The notes under the pieces: model-generated
What the model saw: only the letters and a program-made list of their open reading frames with translations
Database searches by the model: none
What the model was told of the DNA's origin: nothing
NCBI RefSeq assembly: GCF_963921235.1
Contig: NC_086101.1
Location: 110,112,001-110,176,000, forward strand
Length of the DNA: 64,000 bases
Origin: Mobula hypostoma
Lineage: Eukaryota
Direction of reading: 5' to 3'
Program-made: the position numbers and the translations under genes
Part shown: positions 60,215 through 64,000 of the stretch, piece after piece
Layout: each line of letters starts with the position of its first letter
Numbering within the stretch: position 1 is the first letter of the stretch

Positions 60215-60275
60215 TACTGTGCAAAGGACTTAGGCACCCTACCTATATATATTTGCCTAAGACTTTTGCATAGTA
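60215..60275. mobile_element. Palindromic mini-MITE
   Basis: tactgtgcaaaggacttaggca / tgcctaagacttttgcatagta inverted arms around a short TA-rich spacer; degenerate relative at ~4598-4668. Confidence 0.6.
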
Positions 60276-60544
60276 CTGTACGTTCTCGCCTTGTGTGTTC
60301 AGTTGTGGTTAAGGTTATTTAATTGTTGGCGCCAGAAGCAAGGGGCACTTGCGGGCAGCCCCCACCTTCATCCTTGAACTGTGTTGTTTGTTGACACAGA
60401 TTACAAACGTTTACATATTTCTCTGAATGTTTTGATGTGCATGAAACAAATAAAGATAAGCTTTTATTCTTCGTACTCTGCTGTTATCAGACTACACTCA
60501 ATGGCCACTTTGTTAGGCATCCCATATTACCTGATCGTTAACTT

Positions 60545-61240
60545 AAAAAGTCAAGATGATAAATGCAGAAAATGCCAAGAAGCCAAAAACAATCCAACAT
60601 ATCACAGGATCCTGCAATAGTTTAACTCAATCCGATTGATCAAGAGGCAAACGTCATTCACCAAAATCTTGCTTTAAAACACAAACTCATACAAGAAACC
60701 ATACCTTGCTATAAATTAGATTATTAGATTAGATTATGAAAACACTCAGTCCTCTTTTATTGTCATTTAGAAATGCATACATGCATTAAGAAATGATACA
60801 ATGTTTCTCCGGAGTGATATCACAGAAAACAGGACAGACCAAAGACTAACACTCCATCCAACATATTGATTCAAGCTCCATCCAGTTTTAGATTCAGAGT
60901 GCTACGAACTATACTACAACCAATCCATTATTACAGATAGAATAATCCATCATAATAGTCCAGGTATAATAATACAGGGTAAACAACTTATTTAATAGAT
61001 ATAGCCATTCCAAATACAAATCTTATCGAAATCAAAAAGTGAAAAACACCAGAAATATGTTGAATCAAAAGAGGAAATTTAAAGACTTTGGAACAATAGT
61101 AATATCTACCTCTGGCATCATCCCAGAGTCACTACACAACAGCATTAAACAATTAAGCCTACACATCAATATTTATGCAAATCTCCAGAAAGCCACAACA
61201 ACTAACATATTCTGAAAGTTTGTAGCAATTGAGAAACGAA
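60545..61240 (+). pseudogene. Fossil R4/Dong-clade retrotransposon C-terminus (CCHC knuckle + restriction-like endonuclease)
   Basis: Frameshifted translation: DKCRKCQEAK-TIQHITGSC, ANVIHQNLALKHKL, LYYNQSIITDRIIHHNSPG, YLIDIAIPN, EKHQKY, ISTSGIIP; interrupted at ~60718-60850. Confidence 0.7.
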
Positions 61241-61899
61241 CGTGCTTGGCTATACCTCAAGATTTACCAGCTTGAACTGAGAAAAAAATAAAAATAACAA
61301 TACTAATAATGATAGACATTACCTCCCTGGGGAAAAGAGTATCTATCCATTCTAAGCCCCTCAAAGTTCAAAGTAAATTTATTATCAAAGTACATATATG
61401 TCGCCATATACGACTCTGAGATTCATTTTCTTGTGGGCATACACAGTAAATCCAAGAAACAAAATACAGTCAGTGAAAGACCACATCCAACAGGATGGGT
61501 GAACAATCAATGTGCAAAAGAGAGAATCTGTGCAAACACATGCAACACCCTGGGAAAGGTTTCACTGCTAATGTAGTGGTCTTTCTGTGGAAGCAGCGGT
61601 TGGGTTATGGTTAAAGATAATGGGTGCTGTGGAATGTGAGTCTCCAAGGACTGGAGGGTGTTTTCGTGCTGTGTGCCTGACACCAGGGTGATCTGGGTCT
61701 TTTGTTTGATGGGAGATGAAGAGAGAAGACACCGGAGTGAAGCCATGATCCGACGAAGGCCGAGGAGATCGAAGGAGGATGGGTGAAGGGGAAACCGTGA
61801 GCTCCAACTGGTGCACGTTAGACTGTTTCATTAAAATACACCCTTTACTTTTTTTCTTTTTCTTCACCAACCCTGTAGTCAAATTAAGAATCACAGAAA

Positions 61900-64000
61900 C
61901 AAAGAAACATAGAAAACCTACAGCACAATACAGTCCCTTCAACCCACAAAGCTGTGTCGAACATGTCCTTACCTTCGAACTACCTAGGCTTACCTATAGC
62001 CCTCTATTTTTCTAAGCTCCATGTACCTGTCCAGGAGTCTCTTAAAAGACCCTATCATTTCCACCTCTACCACCGCCGCTGGCAGACCATTCCACGCACT
62101 CACCACTCTCTGCATAAAAAACTTAGCCCTGACATCTCCTCTGTACCTACTTCCAAGCACCTTAAAACTATGTCCTCTCGTGTTAGCCATTTCAACCCTG
62201 CGAAAAAGCCTCTGACTGTCCACATGATCAATGACTCTCATTATCTTATACACCTCTACCAGGTCACCTCTCATCCTCAGTCACTCCAAGGAAAAAAGGC
62301 CAAATTTACTCAACCTATTCACATAAGGCATGTTCCCCAATCCAGGCAACGTCCTTGTAAATCTCCTCTGCACCCTTTCTATGGTCTCCACGTACTTTCC
62401 ATAGTGAGGTGACCAGAATTGAGCACAGTATTCCAAGTGGGGTCTGACTAGGGTCCTATATAGCTGCAACATTACCTCTCGGCTCTTACACTCAATCTCA
62501 TGATTGATGAAGGCCAATGCTCAGTATGCCTTCTTAACCACAGAGTCAACCTGCGTCTTATGGATTTGGACCCCAAGATCCCTCTGATCCTTCACACTGC
62601 CAAGAGTCTTACCATTAATACTATATTCTGGCATCATATTTGACCTACCAAAATGAACCACTTCACACTTATCTGGGTTGAACTCCATCTGCCACTTCTC
62701 AGCCCAGTTTTGCATCCTATCAATGTCCCGCTGTAACCTCAGACAGTGCTCCACACTATCCACAATATCTCAACCTTTGTGTCATCAGCAAATTTACTAA
62801 CCCATCCCTCCACTTTCTCATCCAGGTCATTTATAAAAATCACAAAGAGTAGGGTTCCCAGAACAGATCCCTTCAGAACACCATTGGTCACCAACCTCCA
62901 TGCAGAATATGACCTGTCTACAACCACTCTTCGCCTTCTGTGGGCAAGCCAGTTCTGAATCCACAAAACAATGTCCCCTTGGATTCCATGCCTCCTTACT
63001 TTCTCAATAAGCCTTGCATGGGGTACCTTATCAAATGTCTTGCTAAAATCCATATACACTACATCTACTGCTCTTCCTTCATCAATGTGTTTAGTCACAT
63101 CCTCAAATAATTCAATCAGGCTCGTAAGGTACAACCTGCCTTTGACAAAGCCATGCTGACTATTCCTAATCATATTATACCTCTCTAAATATTCATAAAT
63201 CCTACCTCTCAGGATCTTCTCCATCAACTTACCAACCACTGAAGTAAGACTCACTGGCCTATAATTTCCTGGGCTATCTCTACTCCCTTTCTTGAATAAG
63301 GGAACAACATCCGCAACCCTCCAATTCTCTCTCGTCCTCACTGATGATGCAGAGATCATCTCCAGAGGCTCAGCAATCTTCTCCCTCGCTTCCCACTGTA
63401 GCCTGGGGTACATCCCTTCCGGTCTCGTTGGCTTAACCAACTTGATACTTTCCAAAAGCTCCGGCACATCCTTTTCCTTAATATCTACATGCTCAAGCTT
63501 TTCAGTCCGCTGCAAGTCATTCCTACAATCGCCAAGATCCTTTTCCATAGGGAATACTGAAGCAAAGTATTCATTAAGTACCTCCGCTATTTCCTCCAGT
63601 TCCATATACACTTTTCCACTGTCACACTTGATTGGTCCTTTTCTCTCATGTCTTATCCTCTTGCTCTTCACATACTTGCAGAATGCCTTGGGGTTTTCCT
63701 TAATCCTGTCCACCAAGGCCTTCTCATGGCCCCTTCTGGCTCTCCTAATTTCATTTTTAAGTTTCTTTCTGCTAGCCTTTATAATCTTCTAGATCTCTAT
63801 CATTACCAAGTTTTTTAAACCTTTCGTAAGCTCTTCTTTTCTTGACTAGATTTACAACAGCGTTTGTACACCACGATTCCTGTACCCTACTATCCTTTCC
63901 CTGTCTTATTGGAACGTATCTACGCAGAACCCCATGCAAATATCCCCTAAACATTTGCCACATTTCTTACATACACTTCGCTGAGAGCATCTGTTTCCAA
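61900..64000 (-). mobile_element. CR1 LINE (RT and 3' tail), continues beyond the window
   Basis: ORF 62739-63716 (325 aa) with GNYRPVSLTS, QHGF, DFSKTFDKV, KFADD; 3' tail at ~61900. Confidence 0.9.

Overview
Vertebrate genomic DNA, very repeat-rich. The repeat repertoire suggests a cartilaginous fish, probably a ray (inference, no search run). The only host protein-coding gene I can support is a nine-exon + strand gene (CDS 15310-48557; exon lengths 43+357+375+375+120+28+47+53+132 = 1530 nt, 509 aa; all junctions GT-AG and phase-compatible). It encodes a type I membrane receptor with a signal peptide, three tandem germline V-type Ig domains, an uncharged TM and a ~90-aa tail with two ITIM/ITIM-like motifs (IVYSVV, CLYVAV) plus a YDMP motif. 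V2, V3 and the tail resemble mammalian PILR-alpha. V1 looks more like NKp30/XMIV-type VJ domains. V2 and V3 are a ~93% identical tandem duplicate whose differences cluster in two loops. The rest is mobile DNA: many CR1 LINE fragments, one almost intact 4.37-kb CR1 (53738-58108), Rex1/Babar LINEs, Penelope-like fragments with hammerhead-like tails, SINEs, Tc1-like MITEs, fossil Nimb/I and R4/Dong elements, two minisatellites, several local duplications (one inverted pair brackets the tyrosine-motif exons) and a 182-N gap. Family assignments rest on remembered motifs, not database hits. Most repeat boundaries are approximate.
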